Part shown: piece by piece, positions 20,022 through 31,100 of the stretch
Layout of the letters: every line of letters begins with the position of its first letter
Position numbering within the stretch: the first letter of the stretch is position 1
From: Bacteroidota bacterium
Lineage (GTDB): Bacteria > Bacteroidota > Bacteroidia > JAKFFM01
Assembly: GCA_036675075.1 (NCBI GenBank)
Contig: JAKFFM010000039.1
Location: 13,010-77,009 of the forward strand
Direction of reading: 5' to 3'
Length of the DNA: 64,000 bases
Program-made: the position numbers and the translations under genes
The notes under the pieces: generated by a model
The model's input: only the letters and a program-made list of their open reading frames with translations
Database searches by the model: none
What the model was told of the DNA's origin: nothing

Positions 20022-21044
20022 TTAACGCATCAGGAAAGGGAACTTTCCGATATTCTTTAAAGCAATACCAGTACCTCTGGCTACTGCACGAAGTGGATCT
20101 TCGGCAATATGTACAGGAAGCTTTGTTTTCATGGAGATTCGCTTATCCAGTCCTCTTAGCATGGAGCCTCCTCCTGCCAGGTAGATCCCGGTTCTGTAGA
20201 TATCCGCAGATAGTTCCGGTGGTGTCATCTCAAGAGCATTCAGGATAGCCTCTTCAATCTTTGCAATAGACTTGTCAAGTGCATGAGCGATCTCAACATA
20301 CGATACATGGATCTCTTTAGGGATACCTGTCATGAGATCTCTTCCGTGCACTGCATAGTCTGGCGGAGGATTGTCGATCTCTGTCATGGCCGCACCTACC
20401 TCGATCTTTACACGTTCAGCTGAACGTTCACCGATGAGGATGTTGTGCTGGCGACGCATGTATTCTTCGATGTTCGAAGTAAATTCATCACCCGCAATTC
20501 GGATGGATTTATCACAAACGATCCCTCCCAATGCGATAACTGCGATCTCACTAGTACCTCCACCGATGTCGATGATCATGTTACCCATCGGTTCTTCAAC
20601 GTCGATACCAATACCGATCGCTGCTGCCATCGGTTCATGGATCAGGTAAACTTCTTTTCCACCGGCATGTTCAGCGGAATCTCTTACAGCCCGCTTCTCA
20701 ACTTCAGTGATACCTGATGGTATGCAGATCACCATACGAAGTGACGGATTGAAAAGCTTTCTGCCAGGGTTTATCATTTTAATCATTCCCCTGATCATGT
20801 GTTCAGCAGCATCGAAATCCGCGATCACACCGTCTTTCAGAGGACGGATCGTTTTGATGTTCTCATGGGTCTTTCCGTGCATCTGCATGGCCTGCTTGCC
20901 TACAGCGATCACCTTCCCTGAAGTTCGGTCAATAGCCACGATGGATGGTTCATCTACAACAACCTTATCGTTGTGGATGATCAGCGTGTTCGCCGTACCA
21001 AGGTCGATGGCTATTTCCTGAGTGAATAAGTCGAATAAACCCAT
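20022..21044 (-). CDS. mreB: actin-like protein MreB
   Basis: IAIDLGTANT, RPLKDGVIADF, EPMAAAIG, DIGGGT. Confidence 0.98.
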   Translation of the reverse strand: MGLFDLFTQEIAIDLGTANTLIIHNDKVVVDEPSIVAIDRTSGKVIAVGKQAMQMHGKTHENIKTIRPLKDGVIADFDAAEHMIRGMIKMINPGRKLFNPSLRMVICIPSGITEVEKRAVRDSAEHAGGKEVYLIHEPMAAAIGIGIDVEEPMGNMIIDIGGGTSEIAVIALGGIVCDKSIRIAGDEFTSNIEEYMRRQHNILIGERSAERVKIEVGAAMTEIDNPPPDYAVHGRDLMTGIPKEIHVSYVEIAHALDKSIAKIEEAILNALEMTPPELSADIYRTGIYLAGGGSMLRGLDKRISMKTKLPVHIAEDPLRAVARGTGIALKNIGKFPFLMR

Positions 21045-21058
21045 AGATGTATTTTATT

Positions 21059-22588
21059 CTAATGTTTGAAATGTCTAATTCCTGTCAGTACCATAGAAAT
21101 CCCTTTCTGGTCTGCCTTTTCAATTGAATCTTTATCCCTGATCGATCCTCCTGGCTGAAGCACTGCAGTGATGCCCGCTTCAGCAGCAATTTCGACGCAA
21201 TCAGGAAACGGGAAAAATGCATCCGAAGACATCACCGCTCCTTCAAGTTCAAAGTTAAAATTCTTCGCTTTTGCAATGGCGTGGTTCAGCGCATCGATTC
21301 GTGATGTCTGTCCTGTTCCGCTACCCAGAAGCTGCTTGTTCTTAACGAGAACAATTGCATTTGAGCGTGTATGCTTTACAATTTTTGTTGCAAACTCAAG
21401 GTCTTCCATTTCTGTCATGAGCGGAAGTCGTTCTGTAACCGGCCTCATGTCGGCTGTTTCCTCGAATCTTTTATCACGTTCCTGGTACAATACACCGTTC
21501 AGAACACTACGGAACTGGTGCGTTGGAAGGTCATGATGCTTTAATTTAAGGATGATCCTGTTTGTTTTCTGCTTCAATAGCTCCAGTGCCTTTTCGTCAT
21601 AATCGGGCGCGATGAGCACTTCAAAAAAGATCTGGTGCATGGCCGTGGCGGTCTCCAGGTCAACTTTCCGGTTCGAAACGATCACTCCTCCAAAAGCTGA
21701 TACCGGATCACCTGCAAGGGCATCGCGGAATGATTCAGCCAGAAGATGCCGTGATGCAATTCCGCAGGTATTGTTATGCTTGATGACAGCTACCGTGGTT
21801 TCAGCAAAGTCGCTGATGAGTGTGACAGCTGCATCGATGTCGAGAATGTTGTTGTATGAAAGCTCTTTTCCATTAAGCTTTTCGATCATTTCATCAAGCT
21901 TGCCAAAATAGGTGCCTTGCTGATGTGGGTTCTCACCATACCGCAATGCCACTGCTCCAGTGAATGTTTCCTTGAATGTTTCAGGGGTGTCGTTCTGTGA
22001 ATCGAAATACCTGAAGATCTCACTATCGTACGCACTTGAGATGTTAAAGGCCTGTCGTGCGAAGTTCTTACGCTGCGCGATGGTGGTATATCCGTTGCCT
22101 TCTTCGATCATCTGAAGAAGTGCTGTGTACTGATCTTTGGAGCTGATGATCACGACATCTTTAAAGTTCTTCGCTGCTGCACGGATCAATGAGATTCCGC
22201 CGATATCGATCTTCTCGATCACATCGCTTTCAGAAGCTCTTTTTGCGACGGTCTCTGAAAACGGATACAGGTCTACGATCACAAGGTCGATCTCAGGTAT
22301 CTTGTATGCCTCCAGCTGCGCGACATCTTCTGTGAGCTCTCTTCTTCCGAGAATTCCTCCGAATACTTTGGGATGCAATGTCTTCACACGGCCGCCAAGA
22401 ATCGAAGGATACCCTGTGAGGTCTTCAACTGCCTGAACAGGAATGCCTGCTTTCTTAATAAATTCTTCAGTTCCTCCTGTTGAATAAATTGTGACACCAA
22501 GGTCATTCAACTTCTTCACAAGAGGTTCAAGATGATCTTTGTAAAATACTGAAATTAACGCGCTTTTAATCCTTTTACGGCCTTCCAT
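21059..22588 (-). CDS. purH: bifunctional AICAR transformylase/IMP cyclohydrolase
   Basis: GRVKTLHP, IDIGG, LRYGENPHQ, SDAFFPF, RHFKH; start 22588 or 22597. Confidence 0.97.
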   Translation of the reverse strand: MEGRKRIKSALISVFYKDHLEPLVKKLNDLGVTIYSTGGTEEFIKKAGIPVQAVEDLTGYPSILGGRVKTLHPKVFGGILGRRELTEDVAQLEAYKIPEIDLVIVDLYPFSETVAKRASESDVIEKIDIGGISLIRAAAKNFKDVVIISSKDQYTALLQMIEEGNGYTTIAQRKNFARQAFNISSAYDSEIFRYFDSQNDTPETFKETFTGAVALRYGENPHQQGTYFGKLDEMIEKLNGKELSYNNILDIDAAVTLISDFAETTVAVIKHNNTCGIASRHLLAESFRDALAGDPVSAFGGVIVSNRKVDLETATAMHQIFFEVLIAPDYDEKALELLKQKTNRIILKLKHHDLPTHQFRSVLNGVLYQERDKRFEETADMRPVTERLPLMTEMEDLEFATKIVKHTRSNAIVLVKNKQLLGSGTGQTSRIDALNHAIAKAKNFNFELEGAVMSSDAFFPFPDCVEIAAEAGITAVLQPGGSIRDKDSIEKADQKGISMVLTGIRHFKH

Positions 22589-22728
22589 ACAGGGCATACC
22601 TATTAAGTTGCAAGTTTACTTAAATTCGATGGGAGCTTTCTCGCCCTTCCTTACTATTTTCGGGAATGTTGAAAAAAATGCCGGCATTGTTGAAAAGCTT
22701 GATTTCTCAGGTACTCAACAGCAAAATG

Positions 22729-22736
22729 TAACTTTG
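22729..22736 (+). promoter_or_regulatory. -7 promoter element (TAACTTTG)
   Basis: Exact consensus match upstream of the ABC permease. Confidence 0.55.
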
Positions 22737-22743
22737 AAAAAAA

Positions 22744-23988
22744 TTGGTGATGGTTTTATTCCTCATTAAAGAAAGTTTCCTGTTTGCATTGAAATCTTTG
22801 CTTGTTAACAAGCTGAGGACATTTCTTTCTTTGCTGGGGATCACCATAGGCATTTTCGCTATCATTTCGGTGTTTACGATCGTTGATTCTCTTGAAAGCA
22901 ATATCCGGAAAAGTGTTGAATCACTTGGTACGAACGTCGTTTTTGTACAGAAATGGCCCTGGGCTTTTGGATCAGAATATCCCTGGTGGAAATACATGAA
23001 TCGCCCTGTTCCTGCATTGTCTGAGCTTCCGGAAATTCAACGCCGGTCTGCTTCCGCCGATGCTGTCGCTTTTACTGTTCATTTCAGAAAGACTGCAAAA
23101 TTCAGAAATAACAGTGTGGAAAACGCCGACATCTCAGCGGTGTCGCACGATTACCAGCGTGTTCAGGCTATCGATCTTGAAAATGGAAGATACTTCACCG
23201 AGCAGGAATCTAAGAGTGGAAAGGCGGTCTGCATCCTCGGTGGTGTGATCGCCGAAAGCCTTTTTCCGGGTGGCGAAGCGCTGGGTCAAAAAATTAAGGT
23301 GGGTGGTGAAAAGCTGCTCGTCGTAGGTGTGATCCGAAAGGAAGGAAGTTCACTGATCAAAACTTCATTTGATAACCAGGTGCTGCTGCCTGTCAACTTC
23401 GCCCGGAACCTCATCGATCTTCGTGATGAACGAATGGATCCGATGATCATGGTGAAAGCGAAACCAGGAATTTCTAATGAGGAACTTAAAGATGATCTGA
23501 CAGGTGTGATGCGTTCGCTGCGAAGTCTTAAGCCGATGGCGGATGACAATTTCGCGTTGAACGAAACGAGTCTGCTTACACAGGGCCTGAATGGATTATT
23601 CGCTGCTGTTGGCCTTGCGGGCTGGGTTATCGGAGGCTTTTCAATCATCGTTGGTGGGTTCGGAATTGCCAACATCATGTTCGTGTCTGTGAAAGAACGA
23701 ACGCCCATCATTGGAATTGAAAAATCCCTGGGTGCGCGGAATTATTTCATCCTCATTGAATTCCTCGTTGAAGCTGTCGTGCTGAGCCTCGTAGGCGGTA
23801 TCATCGGGTTGTTGCTGATCTTTTTCGGTACGGTCATCGCGAATTCATTCTTTGATCTTGGTGTTTCCCTCAGCTTTCAAAACATCGTCATGGGATTATC
23901 TGTTTCGGGGATCATTGGTGTGGTTTCCGGATTTGTTCCTGCCTATACTGCAAGCAGGCTCGATCCTGTTGTTGCGATGAGAAGCTAA
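22744..23988 (+). CDS. ABC transporter permease, MacB/FtsX family
   Basis: NKLRTFLSLLGITIGI, VGGFGIANIMFVSVKERT..IG, ASRLDPV; no ATPase gene adjacent. Confidence 0.92.
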   Translation: MVMVLFLIKESFLFALKSLLVNKLRTFLSLLGITIGIFAIISVFTIVDSLESNIRKSVESLGTNVVFVQKWPWAFGSEYPWWKYMNRPVPALSELPEIQRRSASADAVAFTVHFRKTAKFRNNSVENADISAVSHDYQRVQAIDLENGRYFTEQESKSGKAVCILGGVIAESLFPGGEALGQKIKVGGEKLLVVGVIRKEGSSLIKTSFDNQVLLPVNFARNLIDLRDERMDPMIMVKAKPGISNEELKDDLTGVMRSLRSLKPMADDNFALNETSLLTQGLNGLFAAVGLAGWVIGGFSIIVGGFGIANIMFVSVKERTPIIGIEKSLGARNYFILIEFLVEAVVLSLVGGIIGLLLIFFGTVIANSFFDLGVSLSFQNIVMGLSVSGIIGVVSGFVPAYTASRLDPVVAMRS

Positions 23989-24350
23989 CTTCTGGCTGGC
24001 AGGATCTTTCTTATTCTCTGTAGCAGTTCATTGATGTTTAATGGCTTGAAAAGGTAGTCTGATGCACCCAGCCCCATTGCTGATAATATCACCTCGCCTT
24101 TATCAAGCGCAGATATGAGGATGACAGGAACCTTGTCGAAATAAAATCTTTTAAGGATGCTGAGTAATCCAAGTCCGGATAGATTAGGCATGAGGATATC
24201 ACTGATGATGAGGTTGATCTTTTTGCTCTGCAGGATCTCCAGCGCTTCGATGCCATCTCCGGCAGTGGTTACAGAATAGCCTTCCGCGCGTAGTGAAAAT
24301 GAAACAGCATCACGAACGATCTTGTCATCATCAATAAGCAATATCTCCAT
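23985..24350 (-). CDS. single-domain response regulator (REC only)
   Basis: LLIDDD, ISDILMP, ISA, KP receiver motifs; 121 aa. Confidence 0.92.
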   Translation of the reverse strand: MEILLIDDDKIVRDAVSFSLRAEGYSVTTAGDGIEALEILQSKKINLIISDILMPNLSGLGLLSILKRFYFDKVPVILISALDKGEVILSAMGLGASDYLFKPLNINELLQRIRKILPARS

Positions 24351-24862
24351 CAGATGAACCTGCTGATTATGAAAAGAACGATGATCACGACAATGATCAC
24401 AATGTTGATCGTTTTGTAATAAGAAAGCTTTTTGTTCAGTTCAAGGGCAGTCTTCCTGTTGTTTGCATAATTGCCTACGATGTTCCTGACTTTCACAAGG
24501 GCACTCTCGCTTTTGCTGACATAATCATATGCTCCAGACTTCATCGTTTCCATGGCGACTTCAATATTATCCTGCGCGGATAGCATGATCACTCGGGTTT
24601 CAGGGTATGTCGACTTGATCCTTTTCAGCACCTCCATGCCGTTCAGGCTCTTGTCGCTTTTACCTGATGTGAGGTAATAATCAAGTACAATGATATCCGG
24701 CTTCTCTTCAAGGTGCGACAGGCAATCCTCGCCCGTCGTAAAGGATCGTATATCTGCCTCAAAATCCTGTGAGGTGAGGAAATGAGTTAGTGATTCAAGG
24801 AAAAATATATCATCATCTACAAGAAAGACCTTGACTTTCTTATTTTCTTCTGCCTCAGCCAT
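24350..24862 (-). CDS. response regulator receiver with C-terminal transmembrane anchor
   Basis: LVDDD, VLDYYL, MLSAQ, YVSK motifs, then hydrophobic INIVIIVVIIVLFII at the C-terminus. Confidence 0.85.
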   Translation of the reverse strand: MAEAEENKKVKVFLVDDDIFFLESLTHFLTSQDFEADIRSFTTGEDCLSHLEEKPDIIVLDYYLTSGKSDKSLNGMEVLKRIKSTYPETRVIMLSAQDNIEVAMETMKSGAYDYVSKSESALVKVRNIVGNYANNRKTALELNKKLSYYKTINIVIIVVIIVLFIISRFI

Positions 24863-27800
24863 TGTTTTGTGGTGCGTTCAGGTTTTCTAATTCCCTGGTT
24901 AGTTCTTCTATTGAATGATTGCAAATGTCAACTACCTTTTGGATCAGCCCGGGAATTGCATCGAGGTTGATCCTTTCTTTCGCGTTCTTTTCGAGCGCAA
25001 GTATTGGTTCCTTCAGCTCTGAGATCCCTACAAAATGTAAAGAGGGCTTGATCTTGTGCGCTGAGCCGTGAACAGCATCCCAGTCTTTCTGGGCAAGTCC
25101 TACCTGCATCTTTTTTATCTCTTCTCTCGTTTGCTTAATGAATGAGTTGATGATCTTGTTCATGAATTCATTGCTGCCTTTGGCGATGCTTTTCAGAAAG
25201 GTAAGGTCCGTGTACCGGAGCGGTGTTCCTGTATCCGAAGTATTGTTCTCTTCGTTCATATGATTGATGTTAACTGTGATCATTCTATATAACTCCCGTA
25301 TGTTGAATGGTTTTGAAATGTATCCATTCATTCCTGATTCAATACATTTCTCCGCTTCCCAGGTTGCTGCATGCGCCGTCAGTGCAATGATCGGTACCAT
25401 GCGTTGCTTTCCTTTCATCTGCCTGATGCGTCGGGTGGCTTCATATCCATCCATCTCAGGCATTTTTATATCCATCAGCACCAGGTCATACGTTTTCATT
25501 TCCAACTTTTCCAATGCGATCCTTCCGTTATCAGCAACGGAGATATTGCATCCCCAATCAGAAAGCAATTTTTCAGCCAGCAACTGATTTACAGGGTTAT
25601 CTTCCACAAGAAGCACGTCGATACCATTCAAAGATTTATAATTAAAATCATCTTCTTCGTGCATGTTCTCTTTACAGGTCATCCCATCCCAGGGCTTTCT
25701 TAGTCTCAGCATAAAACTGAATTCACTGCCTTTCCCAACTTCACTTTCAACAGTAACAGTTCCACCCTGCAGTTCCACAAGCCTTTTTGCAATGGATAAC
25801 CCCAATCCTGTACCACCGTATTTTCTTGTGACATCCGTACTTGCTTGTGTGAAGTCCAGGAATAATGTGTGCAGGCGGTCTTGCGGAATGCCCGGACCAG
25901 TGTCTTTTACCTTGATGCTGATCAGCGCTGATTCATCATTCTGGGCATGAAGTGCCGCTGAGAGTTCAATGGATCCTTTTTCTGTGAACTTTACAGCATT
26001 GCTGACCAGGTTCATGATGATCTGATTCAACCTGACAGGATCTCCTACCAGGACCTCAGGAAAATTGGGCTGTATGTTTCTTGTCAGCTTTATGTTCTTC
26101 TCTCGTGCTTTTGGAGTGAATAATTCGAGCACTGAATGAAGTATGCTGCTGAATTTAAACGGAATCTCCTCAAAGGTCATTTTGCCTGCCTCGATCTTGG
26201 ATAGATCAAGGATGTCATTGATCACCACCATCAGTGTATCTCCTGATCGCTTGATGGCTTGCAGGAACTCACGCTGTTCTGTATTGACCGTGCTTTTCAG
26301 TAAAAGGTCTGTCAGGCCGATGATGCCATTCATTGGTGTCCTGATCTCATGTGATATGTGTGCAAGGAATTGTTCTTTCGCACGCATGGTCTCTTCGAGT
26401 GTCTGTTTGGCCAGCGTGAGCTCACTGAGTGCACGGTTTCCTTTGATCAGGCTGTTCTCGGCGATCTTGTTGGCAAGCTTCAGTTGCTCTTCCATTTTTT
26501 TCCTGAGTGTGATATCAGAGTCAATGGAGATGATCTTATCTACTTCATTTTTTTCATTAAGCACAGGTGTTAATGTAGTAATCGTCCAGAATTCCATCCC
26601 TGATTTTGTATAGCTTCTGCTCTCATAGGTCATAGGCTCTTTTCTTTTCTGCAACTGTTCCAATAGCTGATCATGATTCACCAGACTTGAATCTTCCGAC
26701 TTCCTAAGAACCTCACCCCGTGTGCCTTTTACATTATCAAGTGTGTATCCGGTAAGCTTTGTAAACCCTTCATTTGTCCATTCGATTATCCCTGTTTTAT
26801 CGGTAATGATCACCGAGTTAAAAGATTTTGTAGCAGCAATCACAAGCTGTTCTAATTCCGCTTCACGTTTCTTTGCAGTGATGTCTGTGATTGCGCCGAC
26901 TGTTCCAAGAATTTCTCCTGATGCATTTCTGAACGGTGCTGCATTCACACGCGCCATAAAGGTTGATCCGTCTTTTCTAATAAAAGGAAGCTCATAGGTT
27001 TCTGATTGTCCTGCAAGCCGTTCCTTCATTCTTGCACGCATGCTGTCATAAAGCTGTGGTGAGAGAAAAAGCTCATACTCGATTTTCCCTAGAAGCTCTG
27101 ATCGTGAATACCCTGTCAGCTTTTCAAATCGTGAATTTGCATACGTTATCCTGTCTTCCGTGTCTGTGATTACAAGGCCTTCGAAGAGGCTTTCGACAAC
27201 TGTCCGGTATAATTCTTCTTTTTCTCTTAAAAGATCTTCTCCCAGCTTTTGTTCAGAGATGTCCCTGACGAAAAGCATGAACAGTTGTGATGAATTGAGC
27301 CTGATAGACGAGACTGTTATCTCCGCGGGGAAGCTGCTTTCATCTTTGCGTATTACTTGAAGATCTGCCTTGTTAATCCTCTTCAGGTATGTGTCCGATG
27401 CAGAGTAGTTCTTGACCAGTGACTGGAACACCTTGATGCTCCGGTCTTTTAAAGCAATCTCACAAAATGATTTTCCAATAACATCCTTGGCTGTCCACCC
27501 AAAATATTCTTCAGACTTATTATTCCACTCGCGGATCACACCTGTTTCATCAATAACAACTATAGCATCGGGAGATGAATCTAAAAGAATATGAAACTTG
27601 CTGTCTTCGATTACTTTCTCCGTGACATCCTTTACGGTACCTGCCATCATCTGTGGGATACCTGAAGAGTTGCGCAATATTTTACCCCTTGAGTGAATAA
27701 ATCGCATGGTATTGTCTGCCTTGGTAATCCTGTAATACAGATTAAATGGCTTTCCCTGCATGTAACATTCGCGCAAGGTGTTTTGTACCTTTTCCCTGTC

Positions 27801-28139
27801 AGAATAAAAAACAGGCTTGAGCAGTTCATCCAGGCTGGAGACGGTCACATTGCCTTCTATGCCATACAATCGAAGCAATCCTTCGGTGACATTCAGCGAG
27901 TTGTTGTCAGGGTCCCAGATCCAGCGGGCATTCTCTGGTGATCCATGCTCAAAATCTCCTGAATGAATATGCTGCTGTTTTCCAATGAGGGTATTAAGAA
28001 TACCCACAAGCTCATGAAGCTCGTCATCAGCCGAGGGCAATGTAAGTGACGTACCTGTTCTGCCTGCCTGTTCTAATTCCTGCTTCAGGATGGAAATCCG
28101 TGATCGTAGCTGTTCCCTGTAGGCATGAAGCTCTTCCAT
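24855..28139 (-). CDS. cytoplasmic multi-PAS hybrid histidine kinase (4 PAS-HisKA-HATPase-REC-HPt)
   Basis: Four PAS/PAC units ending DVT/DIS/DIT/DIT, SHEIRTPMNG H-box, NLVSNAVKFT, DTGPGI, GGTGLGL, LMDIKMP, HPt AHKIKPS; no TM segment seen. Confidence 0.93.
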   Translation of the reverse strand: MEELHAYREQLRSRISILKQELEQAGRTGTSLTLPSADDELHELVGILNTLIGKQQHIHSGDFEHGSPENARWIWDPDNNSLNVTEGLLRLYGIEGNVTVSSLDELLKPVFYSDREKVQNTLRECYMQGKPFNLYYRITKADNTMRFIHSRGKILRNSSGIPQMMAGTVKDVTEKVIEDSKFHILLDSSPDAIVVIDETGVIREWNNKSEEYFGWTAKDVIGKSFCEIALKDRSIKVFQSLVKNYSASDTYLKRINKADLQVIRKDESSFPAEITVSSIRLNSSQLFMLFVRDISEQKLGEDLLREKEELYRTVVESLFEGLVITDTEDRITYANSRFEKLTGYSRSELLGKIEYELFLSPQLYDSMRARMKERLAGQSETYELPFIRKDGSTFMARVNAAPFRNASGEILGTVGAITDITAKKREAELEQLVIAATKSFNSVIITDKTGIIEWTNEGFTKLTGYTLDNVKGTRGEVLRKSEDSSLVNHDQLLEQLQKRKEPMTYESRSYTKSGMEFWTITTLTPVLNEKNEVDKIISIDSDITLRKKMEEQLKLANKIAENSLIKGNRALSELTLAKQTLEETMRAKEQFLAHISHEIRTPMNGIIGLTDLLLKSTVNTEQREFLQAIKRSGDTLMVVINDILDLSKIEAGKMTFEEIPFKFSSILHSVLELFTPKAREKNIKLTRNIQPNFPEVLVGDPVRLNQIIMNLVSNAVKFTEKGSIELSAALHAQNDESALISIKVKDTGPGIPQDRLHTLFLDFTQASTDVTRKYGGTGLGLSIAKRLVELQGGTVTVESEVGKGSEFSFMLRLRKPWDGMTCKENMHEEDDFNYKSLNGIDVLLVEDNPVNQLLAEKLLSDWGCNISVADNGRIALEKLEMKTYDLVLMDIKMPEMDGYEATRRIRQMKGKQRMVPIIALTAHAATWEAEKCIESGMNGYISKPFNIRELYRMITVNINHMNEENNTSDTGTPLRYTDLTFLKSIAKGSNEFMNKIINSFIKQTREEIKKMQVGLAQKDWDAVHGSAHKIKPSLHFVGISELKEPILALEKNAKERINLDAIPGLIQKVVDICNHSIEELTRELENLNAPQNNG

Positions 28140-28185
28140 AGCTTCCTTGATTGGTGCAACACAGAAAGGAGCAAAAAATATTCCG

Positions 28186-31100
28186 CTATTCGTCGTCCTG
28201 TGCCGGGAGGATCTGTCTTAATACAGCAACTGCTTCAGAAACGGATGATATGTTTTCGAAAGTGATCATCAGTTTGTTGTTGCTCTCTTTCATCCTGCAT
28301 AAATGCGGATGTGATTGCACAAATGAAAGGATGCGTGTAAATGTTTCTGACTGATAGAATGGTGATTGCTGATTGGAGATAAAATAAGCAACCATCTTCC
28401 TGCTTTTAAGAACAAGCTTTTCTATTCCTGCCCGGCCTGCAATCCATCGTAGCCGCACTGTTTCAACAAGCTCTTCAACACTGGCAGGAGGATTTCCAAA
28501 GCGATCGCGTACTGTCGTTAAAAATTTCTGCAGATCTTCTTCTTCTGATGAATCATCCAGCTGCTTATACAGTGAAAGTCGTTCCGTGATGTTTGATACG
28601 TATTCATCGGGGATCAGGATCTCAAGGTCACTGTCAATCTGTGTGTCCTTGACAAATGTTTTTGCACGCGGTCTTTTTCTCAGCTCCAATGTGTCTGACT
28701 GCCTGTCTTTGAAGATTTCTTTGAAATCAGATTCCTTAAGCTCCTCAATGGCTTCATCCAGCACTTTCATGTACATTTCAAATCCGATCTCTGAAATGAA
28801 TCCACTTTGCTCTGCTCCAAGAATATTTCCCGCTCCACGAATGTCAAGATCCCGAAGCGCAATGTTAAACCCGCTGCCAAGATCTGAGAATTCCTCAATG
28901 GCTTTCAGTCGTTTTCTTGCTTCGGATGTCAGTACCGACAAAGGCGGAGTGAGGAGATAGCAGAATGCTTTTTTGTTTGTACGGCCTACACGCCCTCTCA
29001 TCTGGTGAAGATCGGATAGACCAAACATGTGTGCACTGTTGATGATGATCGTATTCGCATTTGGAATGTCAAGTCCTGATTCAATGATCGTTGTAGCGAC
29101 GAGTACATCATATTCTCCGTTGATGAATTTCATCATGACTTCTTCGAGCTCTTCGCCCGACATCTGTCCATGACCCGTGATCACCCGTGCATCCGGACAT
29201 AATCGCTGGATCATGCCTGCCATCTCTTTGATATTTCCAACCTTGTTATGGATGAAGAATACTTGTCCGCCTCTTGCAATTTCATAAGCTACAGCATCTC
29301 TGATGATCTCTTCATTGAAGGTATGGAGCTCTGTCTGTATAGGGTAACGGTTTGGAGGTGGTGTGGTGATCACCGACAGATCCCGTGCGCCCATCATTGA
29401 AAACTGGAGTGTACGGGGAATTGGCGTTGCTGTAAGTGTCAGCGTATCGACATTGGTTCTGATCGTTTTCAGCTTTTCCTTCACAGATACACCAAACTTC
29501 TGTTCTTCATCAATGATCAGAAGCCCGAGGTCTTTGAATTTGACATCTTTTCCGACGATTCGATGTGTGCCAATCAGGATGTCGATCTTGCCTTCAACAA
29601 CACCCTGCAAGGTTTCTTTTTGCTGTTTGGTTGTTTTGAACCTGTTGATGTAATCGACCTTGCATGGCAGATCAGCAAGCCTGTCAGAGAATGTTTTGAA
29701 GTGCTGTAAGGCAAGGATTGTGGTCGGTACAAGAACAGCCACCTGCTTTCCATCGGTCACCGCTTTAAATGCTGCACGTATCGCGATCTCCGTTTTCCCG
29801 AATCCAACATCACCGCAAATCAAACGATCCATCGGGAATGGAGCTTCCATGTCTTTTTTTACTGCCGCTGTTGATTTTTCCTGGTCTGGTGTATCCTCAT
29901 AAATGAATGATGCTTCAAGTTCATTCTGCAGATAGGAGTCAGGTGAGTATTCGAATCCTTTCTGGGATTTTCTTTTTGCGTATAGTGAGATCAGGTCGAA
30001 TGCGAGCTCCTTGACCTTGTTCTTTGTTTTCTGCTTCAATGAGCTCCATGCATTCGTTCCAAGCTTGCTGATCTTGGGAACATGGCCTTCCTGTCCGCTG
30101 AACTTCGAAATGCGATGAAGTGAATGGATACTGACGTAAAGGATGTCGTTGTCTTTATAAACGATCCTGATCGCTTCCTGGATCTTTCCGTTGACATCGA
30201 TCTTTTCGAGTCCCCCGAATCTGCCAATACCATGGTCGATGTGAACCACATAATCACCCGGGTTAAGTCCCTGAAGTTCTTTCAGCGTGATCGCTTCCCG
30301 TTTTTTATTGAAGCTTGATTTTAATCTGAATCGATGGTAACGTTCGAAGATCTGGTGATCAGTATAACAGGCAATGGAAAGATCTTTATCAACGAAACCT
30401 TCATGAATGGAAAGCATGATCGAAGTGAAGGCATCGGGCTTATCCTTAAAGAGGTCAGGTGATATGTCTTCAATGATGGTGTAGATCCTCTCTGCCTGCT
30501 TTGCAGTGTCTGTGAACAAAAGACTTGAGATTCCTTTCGAGACGTTGCTTCTTAATTCCGCAATGAGTAAGTCAAAGTTCTTTTTGAATACAGGCTGCGG
30601 ACTTTGGTTGAATTGAACGACCGATGCTGCTTTCCTCCACTGGTTAGGCGCCTGGTAAAGGAAGCTGAATTCAGAGAGTTGATTCTTATAATCTTCACTT
30701 CGCATAAAAAGCTCTTCAGGTGATGAGCGATGCATGATCGTTGTTTCGGAGTTGAATATTTTCTCTGCGGATTCAAATTCCTTATCCACCTTTTCACCAA
30801 ACAGGTCCGGAGTTTTGATCCATACAAGTGTAGTGTCCGGAAGGAATTCAAGCATTGAAACGCGCGATTCAGAAACCTGCCTGTCAACAATGTTTGGGAG
30901 GATCGTGATTTTTTCATGCTGGCTGACCGATAGCTGATCAACAATGTCGAATGTTCTTAACGAGTCAACTTCTTTTCCGAAAAATTCTATCCTGAATGGA
31001 AGCTCGCTCGCATAGGAAAATACATCGATGATTCCACCTCTCACTGAATACTGTCCCGGAGAAAGAACAAAATCGATCCGTTCAAAATCGAGATCATTGA

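Noticed and set aside
26500-26830. Fourth PAS domain of the hybrid kinase as a LOV photoreceptor
   Set aside because: It has GTRGEVLR where LOV needs GxNCRFLQ, so the photoactive Cys is absent
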